The notes: generated from the letters alone by a model not told the origin. Shown: positions 9,624 to 20,159, counted from the stretch's first letter. The stretch is 64,000 nt of DNA from Planctomycetota bacterium (GCA_965223265.1 OZ244999.1:5472001-5536000); one strand, 5' to 3'. Numbers and translations: made by a program.

Positions 9624-10625
9624 TCAGTTGCTCGATCGAGCGGCCGCCTCAAGTTGCCGGATCGTTTCGTTCAGTTGGGACCTGAAGTACCGGACCGAAT
9701 CATCGAGCGCGAGCTTCTCGGCAGATTCCCTCACGGCACGCAGCTCATCGAGAAAAGCTGCAGACTCCGGTAAGAGGTCGCGGAGTGCCGCGGCCGCTCG
9801 CGCTCCATAGTAGATGTCATCCTTGACCAGCCGAAGCGCGGCGCGAGCGGCGCGTTCCTTCTCGGTGTCGAAAGCGATCAGTGTCGCGATGACCTCGGAA
9901 ACGACGGCGATGTCTGTGTCGTCCAGGAGCGGCAAGAGATGCGGCGTGAATCCATGAGCCGGCCGGCCGATGGCTCTCAGAGCGCGCACGGCACTCTGGC
10001 GCCGGAGACCCTGGCCGGAGCTAAGGTCCGCAGCAATCACAATCGTAGCATCGACAGCCCGACCACCGAACCCACTGAGCACGTACGCGAGCCTCCGCCG
10101 TAGTTCAGGATCGAGCGCTCCCTTCATCTCGCGATGAATCGCCGCGAAGATACGATCCTCGTCGTAGCGACGTAGCGCTGAGAGTGCCTCGGCGGCCCGC
10201 GCGCGCGTCATGGTGAGTCCCCTCTGGTCGGCTAAGATTTCGACAATGTCGGGCACGAACGCGATGTCCCCTTCGACTTGACTCAAAGCGCGAAGCGCGC
10301 TCTCCCGAGCCATGGAGTCGAGACGACTGTCGGTTGCGATTTTGAGAAGATCCGCATTTCGGTCTCCGTGCGACCACGGCTCTAGGATCGAAGGCCGGCG
10401 TGGACGTGGCCCGTGACCCTGTAGAGGGCGCCCGCACGTACCTGCGCTCGGAATCCGCCCCGACAGTTGCATAAGTTTTCGCAGGAAGGGCTCAGAAACC
10501 CTTTCCCTGAGGTTCGATCGGCAGTTGAAGGACGTCGCGGCAGACCTCAGTTTAGTGAGGTGGACGGTGTGCCGTGTTCCCCCTCGCCCACGCACACCCA
10601 CACGCACACTCTCACTCAATCGCAA
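9624..10625 (-). CDS. HEAT-repeat protein; 5' end uncertain, possibly degenerate
   Basis: Repeated R..A..AL..I motifs (ARESALRAL, RARAAEAL, RRQSAVRALRAIG, GARAAAAL); the part above about 10380 is not protein-like in this frame. Confidence 0.55.
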   Translation of the reverse strand: MRLSESVRVGVRGRGGTRHTVHLTKLRSAATSFNCRSNLRERVSEPFLRKLMQLSGRIPSAGTCGRPLQGHGPRPRRPSILEPWSHGDRNADLLKIATDSRLDSMARESALRALSQVEGDIAFVPDIVEILADQRGLTMTRARAAEALSALRRYDEDRIFAAIHREMKGALDPELRRRLAYVLSGFGGRAVDATIVIAADLSSGQGLRRQSAVRALRAIGRPAHGFTPHLLPLLDDTDIAVVSEVIATLIAFDTEKERAARAALRLVKDDIYYGARAAAALRDLLPESAAFLDELRAVRESAEKLALDDSVRYFRSQLNETIRQLEAAARSSN

Positions 10626-10685
10626 TCGCGCACGGTCTTAAGGCGCGTCTCTTTTGCAACGTTGGGGTCCGCCTCTGTCTCTGTG

Positions 10686-12650
10686 TCACCTGCCGCGCCC
10701 GATGTGCGTCAACACTTCGACCATACGCTCCAGGAGGCGCTCGTCCGTCGGCTCGCCGTAGTTTCGCAACACGATCTCCTTGGCGAAGAGATGCGACAAG
10801 TAACGCAATCGTGCCCGCGGTTCGTCGGCGACGGTGCGATAGTCAGGATGTGCGGCGTTGTACTCCCAGAGACGCCCTCGCATTCTCGAACGCCAATCGC
10901 CCTCGGCGTCGAATGCGCGCTTCGGGTCCGGGATGCCAGCCTCAGGGCTCTCACCACGCAGCTTCTCAACGATGTCGATATCTGCTTCAGCGTGTGCCGT
11001 GCGTTCACCCTGTCGGGCGCACAGCCCGAGACGCGCCGAACCCAAGGTGTCGCTCGAACGAAACAGTGCCCGGCCCGCCTCCGACTCAATGCGACCGTCA
11101 CCGCTGAGCAACTCCCAGGTGTAGCTGACCCCGTCGGTGACTGTGCGTCCAGTGGCATCGACCGCACGGGCGACAAACTGTCGTGAGGCACCGGGAAGAA
11201 GCCGCGACTTTCTCGGCGTGATGCGCACCCCTTCAAGAGGACCTACCGGTAACAGCTCGGCTGTCGGCTGCGGATCGTCCACGGCCCCGTCTTCAGGATC
11301 TATCTCAACCGTCGCAGGGTTGGCGTCACTCACCGCCGTCCCACCGTCTGGGCTGTCGACGCCGTTTATGTCTGGCTCCCGCCGGCCGAGCTTCTCACCG
11401 TCCTCGCGCCCCTCGCCGCTGCTGCCTCCTGCATCCCCCGTGATGTCGAAGAAATCGTACTGCGGTAGGTTGCGTGTCAACGGCCGGAAGATGCGTCGCA
11501 GCTCGCGAGCCAAACTCTCATCTTCTTCGGCACGCCTCCGGGCACGGACCTTCTCCAAAAACTCCGCGAGCTGCGGTTCCACGCTGCGCAGCGAGGCAAA
11601 GAGAGCGTCAGCCGACGGACCGGGTACGAACTCACGGCGAGTCGACGGCGCCACCTGCAGTTCGGGAAACTCGACGATACCTTCGAGTCGACCGCCTGAC
11701 CAAAGTTCCGGATCGAGACCGTAGCCGTGAATGCTGCCGAGATCATCGCAGACCGCAGTACCACCGCATGCGAGGGAGACACGACCGGGATCTTGCCCAT
11801 CCTCTTCAACAATGTAGAGCTCGAGGACGGCGTCGCTGAACCCAGAAACTGCAACACGCTCGAGCTCTTCGATGCGCCGACCGTGAAAGCGCTGTGGTAC
11901 AACCAAGAAGTCTTTCACTGCGCTGTCGCGCGCCAGGCGGTCGAGAATGCGCAGCTTGACAGGGCGCGACAGGAGCTGTCCGCGCAGCTCCGAGCCGAGA
12001 TACTCGCCCAGACGACGACCCGTCAGCTGGCGGGACGATCCCGGGTGCACGCCGCGAATGACCACCTCGGTCCATGTATCCTCGCCGAGTGAAAGGCGAC
12101 TCTGAGGAACCCTGCGGACTTCGGCCGAGGGTTGATCGCGACGCAGATGCAGAGCCCAGACGGCGGAGCCCGCAACGCGCGTCCGCATCTCAAACTCTAC
12201 TCCGACAGCCCAGAAGCCAAGAAGGCCGATGCCATACTTGCCGAGTAACATCTGGCGCTGGCGTTCAGCTGGCGACAGATCGCGTTTGAAGGAGTGTCCG
12301 ATGTTGGTGGCAAGACGCTCGAGCGCAAGCGGCCGCTCGAGACCCGGAAAGACGCCGTCTCCATCGTCGAGGATCGACAACGCCGCCTCGCCCCGGCGAC
12401 GCATCCTCGTGATCGTGATGTGGCGTGCATTCGCATCCAAAGCGTTTTGAACTAACTCGGCCAATGCCTTACGCGGGTCGCTTTGACTGTGAGCCAGGAG
12501 ACGAATGAGGTCGAACGGATTGGCTGGTTTGAGCCGCAGCCTTTTGGTGAATTTCGTCGTTCTTGTCGCGCGCTGGATCATGTGTCGAGTTCGCGTCGTT
12601 GCGAAGTCTCCCCCTTCGTCTCTCAATGGAGTCTCACTGGAAGCGCTCAA
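10686..12650 (-). CDS. GHKL (Hsp90/MORC-like) ATPase with internal Ig-like domain
   Basis: ALAELVQNALDA, ILDDGDG, GKYGIG and TEV GHKL boxes; VRITP...F.A.A.D..G......YTW Ig-like segment; C-terminal YNAAHPDY; alternative ATG at 12581. Confidence 0.8.
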   Translation of the reverse strand: MSASSETPLRDEGGDFATTRTRHMIQRATRTTKFTKRLRLKPANPFDLIRLLAHSQSDPRKALAELVQNALDANARHITITRMRRRGEAALSILDDGDGVFPGLERPLALERLATNIGHSFKRDLSPAERQRQMLLGKYGIGLLGFWAVGVEFEMRTRVAGSAVWALHLRRDQPSAEVRRVPQSRLSLGEDTWTEVVIRGVHPGSSRQLTGRRLGEYLGSELRGQLLSRPVKLRILDRLARDSAVKDFLVVPQRFHGRRIEELERVAVSGFSDAVLELYIVEEDGQDPGRVSLACGGTAVCDDLGSIHGYGLDPELWSGGRLEGIVEFPELQVAPSTRREFVPGPSADALFASLRSVEPQLAEFLEKVRARRRAEEDESLARELRRIFRPLTRNLPQYDFFDITGDAGGSSGEGREDGEKLGRREPDINGVDSPDGGTAVSDANPATVEIDPEDGAVDDPQPTAELLPVGPLEGVRITPRKSRLLPGASRQFVARAVDATGRTVTDGVSYTWELLSGDGRIESEAGRALFRSSDTLGSARLGLCARQGERTAHAEADIDIVEKLRGESPEAGIPDPKRAFDAEGDWRSRMRGRLWEYNAAHPDYRTVADEPRARLRYLSHLFAKEIVLRNYGEPTDERLLERMVEVLTHIGRGR

Positions 12651-12656
12651 GCGGCG

Positions 12657-13685
12657 TCACCCCTCAAGCTCAAACGCCCGCGCGGCGTTGTTGTAGAAAA
12701 CGTCCTCCACCTGCCCGCGGCTGAGCTCCGCGAGCTCCGCAGCGTGCTTCATGCACAGAAGCTGCTGGTAGATCGCGAGAATCGGCCTGGCGTCGGTGTG
12801 GATGTTCTCCTGCTTGGAGTGTTCCGGCGCCATCACTTGATACCAGTACCGCCCCATCGGCACATAGTAGCCGCGAAACGTGTTGGCAGTCAGATTGTCC
12901 GTGCCGAAAAGGATGCGCCGGTGATCTTCCTTCTTCATCAGCGTGTAGTGCGCCATGACATCCGCAACCGCCGATGTGTCGTACCAGATGTTCGGCATGT
13001 CGCGTAGGCGATCGACCGCCTGACGGATAGGCCAATAGGTGAAGCTACGCGCACAGTGGGCGAGGATCCACTTGATGCGCGGGTAACGCTTTTGGGTGTA
13101 CTCCTCGAGGTCGTCGAGATTCTGGCGATCCGCACAGCCGTGGTAGCGCGAGAGATGCAAAGTCACCCAGAGGCCGAGTTCGTTCGCAAGCTCCATTTGC
13201 CCATGCGGAAGAAACTCATGGATGCGGCACTGATTCGCATCGCCGGTCGTCGCGAAGACGCGGTATGGCTTCAGTCCCGTAAAACCATAGTCGCTGGCGT
13301 CAACGCGAATCGACTCGAGGCTGCAGGTCGGCGTCACCAACCGGTGCATGCGTGCATTCTTGTGCGGTTTCATGACCTCGACGATGAAGCGGTTGTGCGC
13401 CGCGACGTCAATCCCCGTCCGCGGGCTGCCGAGGATCAGATACTCAATTTCACGGCCGGGAAAGAGCTCACGATTGGCCGCGGCCATCACCTTCATGTCG
13501 CAGCGCCGCGTCGTGCCGCGTCGGGGGTGGTCCGGTGGCAAGAAATCGTCGCTCCAGAGGTGAGCGTGCGCATCAAAGAATTTGGCCGGGACGAAAGCAT
13601 CGAGCTCTTCCTCCCAGACGGTGCGGTCCGCGTCGGTGTATTCGAACTCTCCCCAAACCATGTCCTTTTTAGCCTCGATGCCCAT
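12657..13685 (-). CDS. amidohydrolase superfamily protein
   Basis: FDAHAH, GLKPY, TLH, ILAH, YDTS and ILFGTD motifs. Confidence 0.88.
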   Translation of the reverse strand: MGIEAKKDMVWGEFEYTDADRTVWEEELDAFVPAKFFDAHAHLWSDDFLPPDHPRRGTTRRCDMKVMAAANRELFPGREIEYLILGSPRTGIDVAAHNRFIVEVMKPHKNARMHRLVTPTCSLESIRVDASDYGFTGLKPYRVFATTGDANQCRIHEFLPHGQMELANELGLWVTLHLSRYHGCADRQNLDDLEEYTQKRYPRIKWILAHCARSFTYWPIRQAVDRLRDMPNIWYDTSAVADVMAHYTLMKKEDHRRILFGTDNLTANTFRGYYVPMGRYWYQVMAPEHSKQENIHTDARPILAIYQQLLCMKHAAELAELSRGQVEDVFYNNAARAFELEG

Positions 13686-13807
13686 GTGCGAGCCTCCTGA
13701 ACGAGAGTTTTATCGACGACCGGGGCGGAGCTATTGTACTCGTGACAACACGAGAGTCGAGCGCAGCCACTCGCCGCTGCGCCCGCCATCGCTTGCCGTA
13801 GGAATCC

Positions 13808-15037
13808 TCAGCAGGGCAGCTCAGCTTCGAATCCAACAAGCGCTTCGACCTGCCTTGCAGCAGCAAGAAGCGGCAGATCCTTTCCCTTGGCGGCGACGAA
13901 CTGAACACCGAGCGGCAGCCTCGAGTCACTGAGACTGACCGGCAGGGTCAACGACGGCGCCCGTGCGTGAGTGAAGATCAGGCTCATGCGCGGATCGCCA
14001 GTCGCGCTGAGCCCGTGCGGTGCGGGACCCGGAGCCCCCGGCGCGAGGACGAAGTCGTAGTCTGAGAAGATCAAGCCGAACTCATCTTCAAGCTGCTCTC
14101 GACGTTCCCGACTCTCCTCGAGCTCGTCAGGGCTGACGCTGCGGCCGCGATCGATGAGCTCGAGGATCTTGCGCGGGTAACGGGACTCGTACCGTGGTAG
14201 GAGATCGGCGTGTGACTGAGCCAGCTCCGCAGCAATCAACGTCATATGGTTTGGGTAGGCGGCGCGAAGTGACTCGGGCAGACGGACATTCTCGACCTTG
14301 AATCCACCACGGCTTAGCTGCTCACCGACGTGACGCAGCGCGGCAAGCATCTCTTCGTCCGCCGCATCACAGTAGAGGTCTTCAACCAGAGCGATTCGTG
14401 TCTTACTCGATTGCGGTGCGGCAGCGTCAGGAACCGGCGCGTCGAAAAGCGCGCCGCAAAGTGTCTCCAGATCAGCGACATTCGAGGTAAAGAACCCGAC
14501 GGTGTCGACGCTGGGAGAAAACGGAAACACCCCGGCGCGCGACATGCGCTCGTAGGTCGGCTTGAACCCCACCGTGCCGCAGAACGAAGCCGGGCGATTC
14601 ACCGAGGCGACGGTCTGTGTGCCAAGAGCAGCGCGCACCATCCCTGTCGCCACGGCCGCCGCCGACCCCATACTGGAGCCGCCCGGGGTGTGCTCGGCAT
14701 GCCACGGGTTGGTCGTGGGGCCTGGATCGAAATAAGCAAACGACGTGGTCACGACCTTCGAGAAAACATAAGCGCCAAGCTTCTCGAGACGCTCAACGAT
14801 GTCGGCGCTTGCAGCTGCGGGCTCGTCTGGCAAGAAGTCTACACCGCATCGTGTCGGCAAACCTGCGACGTCGATGATGTCCTTGACGCCGATCGCCCAG
14901 CCATGAAGTGGACCGGGGCTACAGCTCTCGGCGCGGACGCGGGCAGCGTCGGCATCCCAGCCGAGAAGGGCATGCACACGAGACTCGTAAGCTTCGACGC
15001 GCGCCAGATGATCCCTCAACGTTTGTGGCTGACCCAT
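13808..15037 (-). CDS. amidase signature family protein
   Basis: GPLHG..IGVKDIID, TPGGSSMGSAAAVA, GTQT.ASV.RPASFCG and GFKPT. Confidence 0.92.
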   Translation of the reverse strand: MGQPQTLRDHLARVEAYESRVHALLGWDADAARVRAESCSPGPLHGWAIGVKDIIDVAGLPTRCGVDFLPDEPAAASADIVERLEKLGAYVFSKVVTTSFAYFDPGPTTNPWHAEHTPGGSSMGSAAAVATGMVRAALGTQTVASVNRPASFCGTVGFKPTYERMSRAGVFPFSPSVDTVGFFTSNVADLETLCGALFDAPVPDAAAPQSSKTRIALVEDLYCDAADEEMLAALRHVGEQLSRGGFKVENVRLPESLRAAYPNHMTLIAAELAQSHADLLPRYESRYPRKILELIDRGRSVSPDELEESRERREQLEDEFGLIFSDYDFVLAPGAPGPAPHGLSATGDPRMSLIFTHARAPSLTLPVSLSDSRLPLGVQFVAAKGKDLPLLAAARQVEALVGFEAELPC

Positions 15038-15055
15038 GGATCGATAGAACCTTAG

Positions 15056-17356
15056 CTAATTTTCCCGCAGGGCCATGGAGCGAATCCACTCGCCAACCAG
15101 CTCGACGCCGTCGCGGTCAACCTCGAGTGTGCCGATATGCGGCATTCGCCCTGCTCCTCTCAGATTCATGCGCTTCCAGACGAGCGACCGCTCCGGTGCT
15201 CCCGGTGCGATGAGCCGCGCGTCCGGAAGACCGAAGTCACCGTGCAGCGGCAGAGCGTTCGGCGCGCCAGTGTCGGCTAGACTGGTCGCGTACAAGAGAA
15301 TCAAATTGGCGTTGCCGCCACCTTTGAAACGATGGCAGTGCGAACAGTTGGCGTGCAAATAGGAACGTGCACGCACGTCGATGGGCGCATCGGTCAGCCT
15401 CGGATCAGAAAGTCGCGCCAGCTCTTCCGGGGACTCCCCAGGAGGCTCATCGAAGAGTCCCCAGCGTACGAACGCATCGATCTGATTCGTTCGGACGTCG
15501 CCGTAATCGTGATCTCGGTTCATCTGCAGGGTGCTCAATCCCAACACAAATCGAGCCTTTTCGTTGTGACACACCATGCAGTCAGCACGACTTGGGAATC
15601 GCCACGTCTGCTCGCGGACACCTCCAGGCGCAGCTGCGTCTCGCACTTCGTAGGTCTTCTCAAGCGCGCCTCTACCAAGGAGCGTCGCGTCCGTCTCGGC
15701 ATCATTCCACAGATACGTGTACCCGGCCCACTGGCCATCCTGAAGAGTCAACAACCGCGTCTCGAGGCGTCGTCGGCTCGTAGGGTTGCCGGCTTCGAGC
15801 TCGAGAGTGAACGTCTTGACAAGGACCGTCCCTTCAGGGAACGCCCAAGGATTGTCGGCCCGATAGATGATCTTGCCGTCGCCCGGAATCGCCAGATAGC
15901 GTTCCTTCTCAGCGCCATCGGACCAAAGCGGCGCGACCACGCCATAGGGGATAAGACCTGGCGCTGGCGTGAGATCTTTCACCGACGTGAACAGTCCCGT
16001 GTCACTTAGCCGAACCGGAAACTGGGCCTGCCGTTGCTCTCGCTGCGCCGGTGGCCGTGGCACGAGTCGGTGGAGCCGCCCCTCCAAGTGACTCAGGACA
16101 AAGAGCTCACCGTCGTGGTCTTCACCGAACGCGGCGATGTCGAGCGACGTGTCGACGAGCTCGTCCTCCCACGTGACGCGCTCGCCATCGTGGCGCAGCC
16201 CCCAAATCTTGCCGGTTTCGTAATCACCGTAGACATACGCGCCGTATAGCTCGGGGCGCTGCGAGCCGCGATAAACGTAGCCGCCGGTGATCGACCGTGA
16301 CTCGCCGTGGTGGTGTGCCTTGATCGGTGGCTGAATCGGCGTCGGCCCGCGAGGACGACGCGGACGAAACTCCTGCGGTCCCTCCATGACACTCCACCCG
16401 TAGTTGCCTCCTGACTCGACGCGGTACACCATTTCCCACAAGTCCTGGCCGACGTCACCAACCCATAGGTCCCCGTTGTCGCGATCGAAAGTCATCTTCC
16501 AGACTTGACGAAAACCGTAAGCAAAAACCTCTGGCGCTGCACCGACCGTCTCGATGAACGGATTATCCGGAGGGATAGCGTAGGATTTCGCCGAGTGTCG
16601 CCCATCAACATCGATGCGAAGAATCGCAGCAAGGAAGTCGCCAATGAACTGGCCCGTTAAGTGCTGGTCGTTTGAGCCACCGCCGTCGCCAGTACCAATG
16701 TAAAGGTAGCCGTCGGGGCCGAATTCCAAAGAGCCGCCGTCATGACCACGAGACGGAAACTCGAGAAGGATGTGCTCCGACTCGGGATCGGCGCGCCACG
16801 TGTCGGGGTCCATCTCAAACCGCGCGATCCGCGTACGCGACGGCTGCGGCTTTCGCTCGGTGATGAAGAGATAAAAGAAGTGGTTCTCCTGAAACCGTGG
16901 GTGAAACGCCATGCCATAGATCTCACGCCGCACGTCACGCCCAAGGTTGCGGTCATAGCGTCCGCCGAGGTCGAGCGATAGATCGCCTTTGACGACGTCG
17001 CCACGCTGTGGAAACGAAAACACTCGACCGTAGCGCTCGGCCACGAAGATGCGGTGCTCTTCGGGCGGCATGGTCATGAGGAGCAGCTGGTCGAACTTCA
17101 GGTGCGGAAACGCCAACTCGACCGTGTAGGGCGATGGTGGCTCCGGGCTGCCGACGACGCGCGACGTCTTCCACGGCACCCGCGAGCTCGTCGCAGGCAC
17201 TGAGGTTCCCGGCAAAGCTCCGATGCTGGCAGGCTCGCCCGCAAGAGCTGAAAGCGTGATCGACGATGCAGCGAGGAGAAGGGCCAACGCGTCGAACGGA
17301 GAGCCCGCCCGAGGCAGCGCCTGCCGTCGACTCCCAAGTGGCGGATTGTCACTCAC
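15056..17356 (-). CDS. PQQ-dependent sugar dehydrogenase (GSDH) propeller fused to a di-heme cytochrome c region
   Basis: HDGG.L.FGPDGYLY..GDGG, YGFR..W, DVGQ..WE and SITGG.VYRG; CMVCH and CSHCH; GTG at 17356 with AGGAGA RBS. Confidence 0.88.
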   Translation of the reverse strand: MSDNPPLGSRRQALPRAGSPFDALALLLAASSITLSALAGEPASIGALPGTSVPATSSRVPWKTSRVVGSPEPPSPYTVELAFPHLKFDQLLLMTMPPEEHRIFVAERYGRVFSFPQRGDVVKGDLSLDLGGRYDRNLGRDVRREIYGMAFHPRFQENHFFYLFITERKPQPSRTRIARFEMDPDTWRADPESEHILLEFPSRGHDGGSLEFGPDGYLYIGTGDGGGSNDQHLTGQFIGDFLAAILRIDVDGRHSAKSYAIPPDNPFIETVGAAPEVFAYGFRQVWKMTFDRDNGDLWVGDVGQDLWEMVYRVESGGNYGWSVMEGPQEFRPRRPRGPTPIQPPIKAHHHGESRSITGGYVYRGSQRPELYGAYVYGDYETGKIWGLRHDGERVTWEDELVDTSLDIAAFGEDHDGELFVLSHLEGRLHRLVPRPPAQREQRQAQFPVRLSDTGLFTSVKDLTPAPGLIPYGVVAPLWSDGAEKERYLAIPGDGKIIYRADNPWAFPEGTVLVKTFTLELEAGNPTSRRRLETRLLTLQDGQWAGYTYLWNDAETDATLLGRGALEKTYEVRDAAAPGGVREQTWRFPSRADCMVCHNEKARFVLGLSTLQMNRDHDYGDVRTNQIDAFVRWGLFDEPPGESPEELARLSDPRLTDAPIDVRARSYLHANCSHCHRFKGGGNANLILLYATSLADTGAPNALPLHGDFGLPDARLIAPGAPERSLVWKRMNLRGAGRMPHIGTLEVDRDGVELVGEWIRSMALREN

Positions 17357-17553
17357 CGAACATCTCCTAAAACTTCCCTGCCCCAAGAGCCGAGCCATCG
17401 GGGTTCGAGCGCGCTTGAATCTTAATGAACCGCCGAGTTGAAAGCGCTCCAAAAACTGATGGGCAGACAGCTCTCGACTGATCGCGAAGCCGCTTCTTAG
17501 AATAGGTCGAGGTCCAAAGATCAACATAAACCACGTGTCGAATTGAGGGCACC

Positions 17554-18795
17554 GTGAAACGACGCGACTTTCTCAAGACCGGCGGTGTGGCCGCCAGCGC
17601 GCTCTTGGTGGGCGCCAGCCCCGCCGAACAGCACACTCCAGTCCTCAAGCTCCCGTTTCGCGGCGCGATGTATCAGCGCATGAACGGTGAGCTCATCCTC
17701 GTCGGACGCGGCCTCGTCTACTCGACGTCGCACGACGCGGGCATCTCGTGGTCGCGCCCACGTCTTTTCATGAACCGCGGCGAGGCGATTCAAAGCGAGT
17801 CGCACGTGTTGGGATTGCGTCGACTTCGATCCGGCAAAGTCGCGCTCATGTATGGCCGCAGGCAAAGAGTGAACAACTATCACCGTCAGGAGATCTTCTT
17901 TCGCACGTCGGACGATGACGGCCAAACGTGGTCTCCCGAGAACAGCGTCACCCCATTGCCCGGTGACGACCTCTACGCCCTCCATGGCAGCCTCGTGGAA
18001 CTCTCCAGCGGTCGTTTGATCTTGCCGGCGTACACACATTTTTCGCACGAGTACATCGGTCGACCGCGGAACGCCGGAGACACCTGGTTGCCGCACTACA
18101 ACGCGACCCACATGCTCATCTCCGATGACGAGGGAGTGACTTGGGAACCGACGAACGGTCTCTACCTCTGGAAAGACTTTGGCCATGGGGGAATAGCCAG
18201 CTGTGGTGAAGCTTGCCTCGCGGAGACGAAGGACGGCCGTCTTCTGATGCTCGCGCGAACGACGAACATGCGTGCGCTTCGTAGCTACTCGGACGATGGC
18301 GGCGAGACGTGGACCTACGTCGAACTGACCGACCTGTCGAGCTCGGACGCACCGATTCGATTGACGCGCATACCCAAAAGCGGCGACCTGTTGATCGTCT
18401 GGAATCAGGCCACCGCGAGCGAGCAACGCAGCGGCTATGGATACAGCCGCCTCTCCTGTGCGGTCTCAAAGGACTCGGGCAAATCGTGGGAACACTTCCG
18501 CACGCTCGAGCTGTGCCCTGGGATGGCAACAGATGATCGGGTCGACGATCCGGAGCCGCCTCAGTTCGTCCGTGCCGGGGAGAACACTTCGCCTGGGCAG
18601 GTTCCTAACAACTCGGTCCGCGGCATCGTCCGCAGCTCCTACGCCAACGTTCACTTCGTCGGCGACAGAGTTCTCGTGGACCACGAGCACTGGTGGACGC
18701 CAAACCTTTGGGCCGGCAAAGGCGCACGTCGGGACGCGTACCAGAAACTACAAATCCTGCCTCTCAACTGGTTCTACGGCGGCACGAAGAGCTGA
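17554..18795 (+). CDS. Tat-exported sialidase-like BNR/Asp-box protein
   Basis: MKRRDFLK twin-arginine signal; five Asp-boxes (SHDAGISW, SDDDGQTW, SDDEGVTW, SDDGGETW, SKDSGKSW). Confidence 0.85.
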   Translation: MKRRDFLKTGGVAASALLVGASPAEQHTPVLKLPFRGAMYQRMNGELILVGRGLVYSTSHDAGISWSRPRLFMNRGEAIQSESHVLGLRRLRSGKVALMYGRRQRVNNYHRQEIFFRTSDDDGQTWSPENSVTPLPGDDLYALHGSLVELSSGRLILPAYTHFSHEYIGRPRNAGDTWLPHYNATHMLISDDEGVTWEPTNGLYLWKDFGHGGIASCGEACLAETKDGRLLMLARTTNMRALRSYSDDGGETWTYVELTDLSSSDAPIRLTRIPKSGDLLIVWNQATASEQRSGYGYSRLSCAVSKDSGKSWEHFRTLELCPGMATDDRVDDPEPPQFVRAGENTSPGQVPNNSVRGIVRSSYANVHFVGDRVLVDHEHWWTPNLWAGKGARRDAYQKLQILPLNWFYGGTKS

Positions 18796-18821
18796 CTTCT
18801 GCGTATAGGAACAAGGACACG

Positions 18822-20111
18822 ATGCTTCGCTACCTTCGCTACCCTGAACAAAAAGGTGGACTCGTCGAGCTGCGGGACGGCCGTCTCATGGGCATCATCC
18901 GGGGCCTTCTGAAGTTTTATTCGCACGACCGTGGTCGCACGTGGACCGAACCGGAGGCGGTACTCGACGCCGGCAAACAGATCATCGGCACCGGCGATCC
19001 ACAAGGCGTCTTGCGCTTGCAGTCGGGCGCGCTGGGGATGACCTATCGCCGACCGGTCACCGAGGCCGACTTTCCAAGCGCTGCACCGACTGCACGCAAG
19101 AGACTCGCCGCCGGGCCAGGAGCGCTCTTCTTTCGCAAATCGTACGACGAGGGCGAGACGTGGGGACGAGAAAACCTCGTCGTCGGTCCTGGCGTCGTGT
19201 GGTGGTACGCGCTATCCGACACCATGATCCAGCTGGCGAGCGGTCGCTTGCTGTGGCCACTCTACGGCGGCTCGCGCGGCTATCGGCCAGACCCGATGCC
19301 CAAGGTCGAGGGCCTCGATCGGGGCATCGGTCACCTCTGGTATCCCGAGAACTGCGGTCAGTCGAAGTTCTACTACTCGGACGATGAAGGCGAGACGTGG
19401 AAAGAATCACCTGACGATCTCATGCTGTGGCGCGACAGTGGCAAACACAATCTCGATGCTCTCCACGAAATCACAGCGGCTGAAACTAGTGATGGCCACA
19501 TCGTGGCGTTGGCGCGCTGCGCGCAGTGTCGAGCGGCACAGACTTTTTCCTATGACGGAGGTGTACGCTGGACGCTCCCGGAGCTCAGCGAGCTCAATTC
19601 CTCGAACGCGCCAGTCCGAGTCAAGCGCATCCCATCGACCGGAGACTTGATGGTGGTGTGGAATCAGGTCACGGCCGAGGAACACCGCCACGCCTACAGC
19701 CGCTGCCGACTCTCAGCGGCGATTTCAACCAACGGCGGCGTTACGTGGAAAAACTTTCGCAACATTCACGTCAGCCCCGGCATGGATGAAACGCCGCGCG
19801 TTAGCGATCCGGAACCACCCCACTTCGAGCGCCCAGGTTCGGCGACGCGACCGGACGACCCGCTGGTGAAAAATCCGATTCAAGGACGCGTCCGCGCCTC
19901 GTACGCTAACTTCTACTTCTTCGGCGACGAGGTGTTCATCGAGCACGACTATTGGTTTCGGTCCGACCCATGGGGCACATACGCGGTGCCGAACGAGTGG
20001 AAACATCTGACGAAAAATCGAAACCGCCGTACGAAAGACGGACACCTCCTGGGATCGCTGCCGCGGCGGCTCCACATTCTACCTCTGAAGTGGTTTTACA
20101 GCGGCTCCTGA
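18822..20111 (+). CDS. sialidase-like BNR/Asp-box protein (paralogue of the upstream gene)
   Basis: Asp-boxes SHDRGRTW, SYDEGETW, SDDEGETW, SYDGGVRW, STNGGVTW; ATG at 18822 after AAGGA. Confidence 0.83.
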   Translation: MLRYLRYPEQKGGLVELRDGRLMGIIRGLLKFYSHDRGRTWTEPEAVLDAGKQIIGTGDPQGVLRLQSGALGMTYRRPVTEADFPSAAPTARKRLAAGPGALFFRKSYDEGETWGRENLVVGPGVVWWYALSDTMIQLASGRLLWPLYGGSRGYRPDPMPKVEGLDRGIGHLWYPENCGQSKFYYSDDEGETWKESPDDLMLWRDSGKHNLDALHEITAAETSDGHIVALARCAQCRAAQTFSYDGGVRWTLPELSELNSSNAPVRVKRIPSTGDLMVVWNQVTAEEHRHAYSRCRLSAAISTNGGVTWKNFRNIHVSPGMDETPRVSDPEPPHFERPGSATRPDDPLVKNPIQGRVRASYANFYFFGDEVFIEHDYWFRSDPWGTYAVPNEWKHLTKNRNRRTKDGHLLGSLPRRLHILPLKWFYSGS

Positions 20112-20159
20112 GCGCTCCGGGCGAGCCGACGACGCAACGCGCTCGCCTACTTAGCTTAG

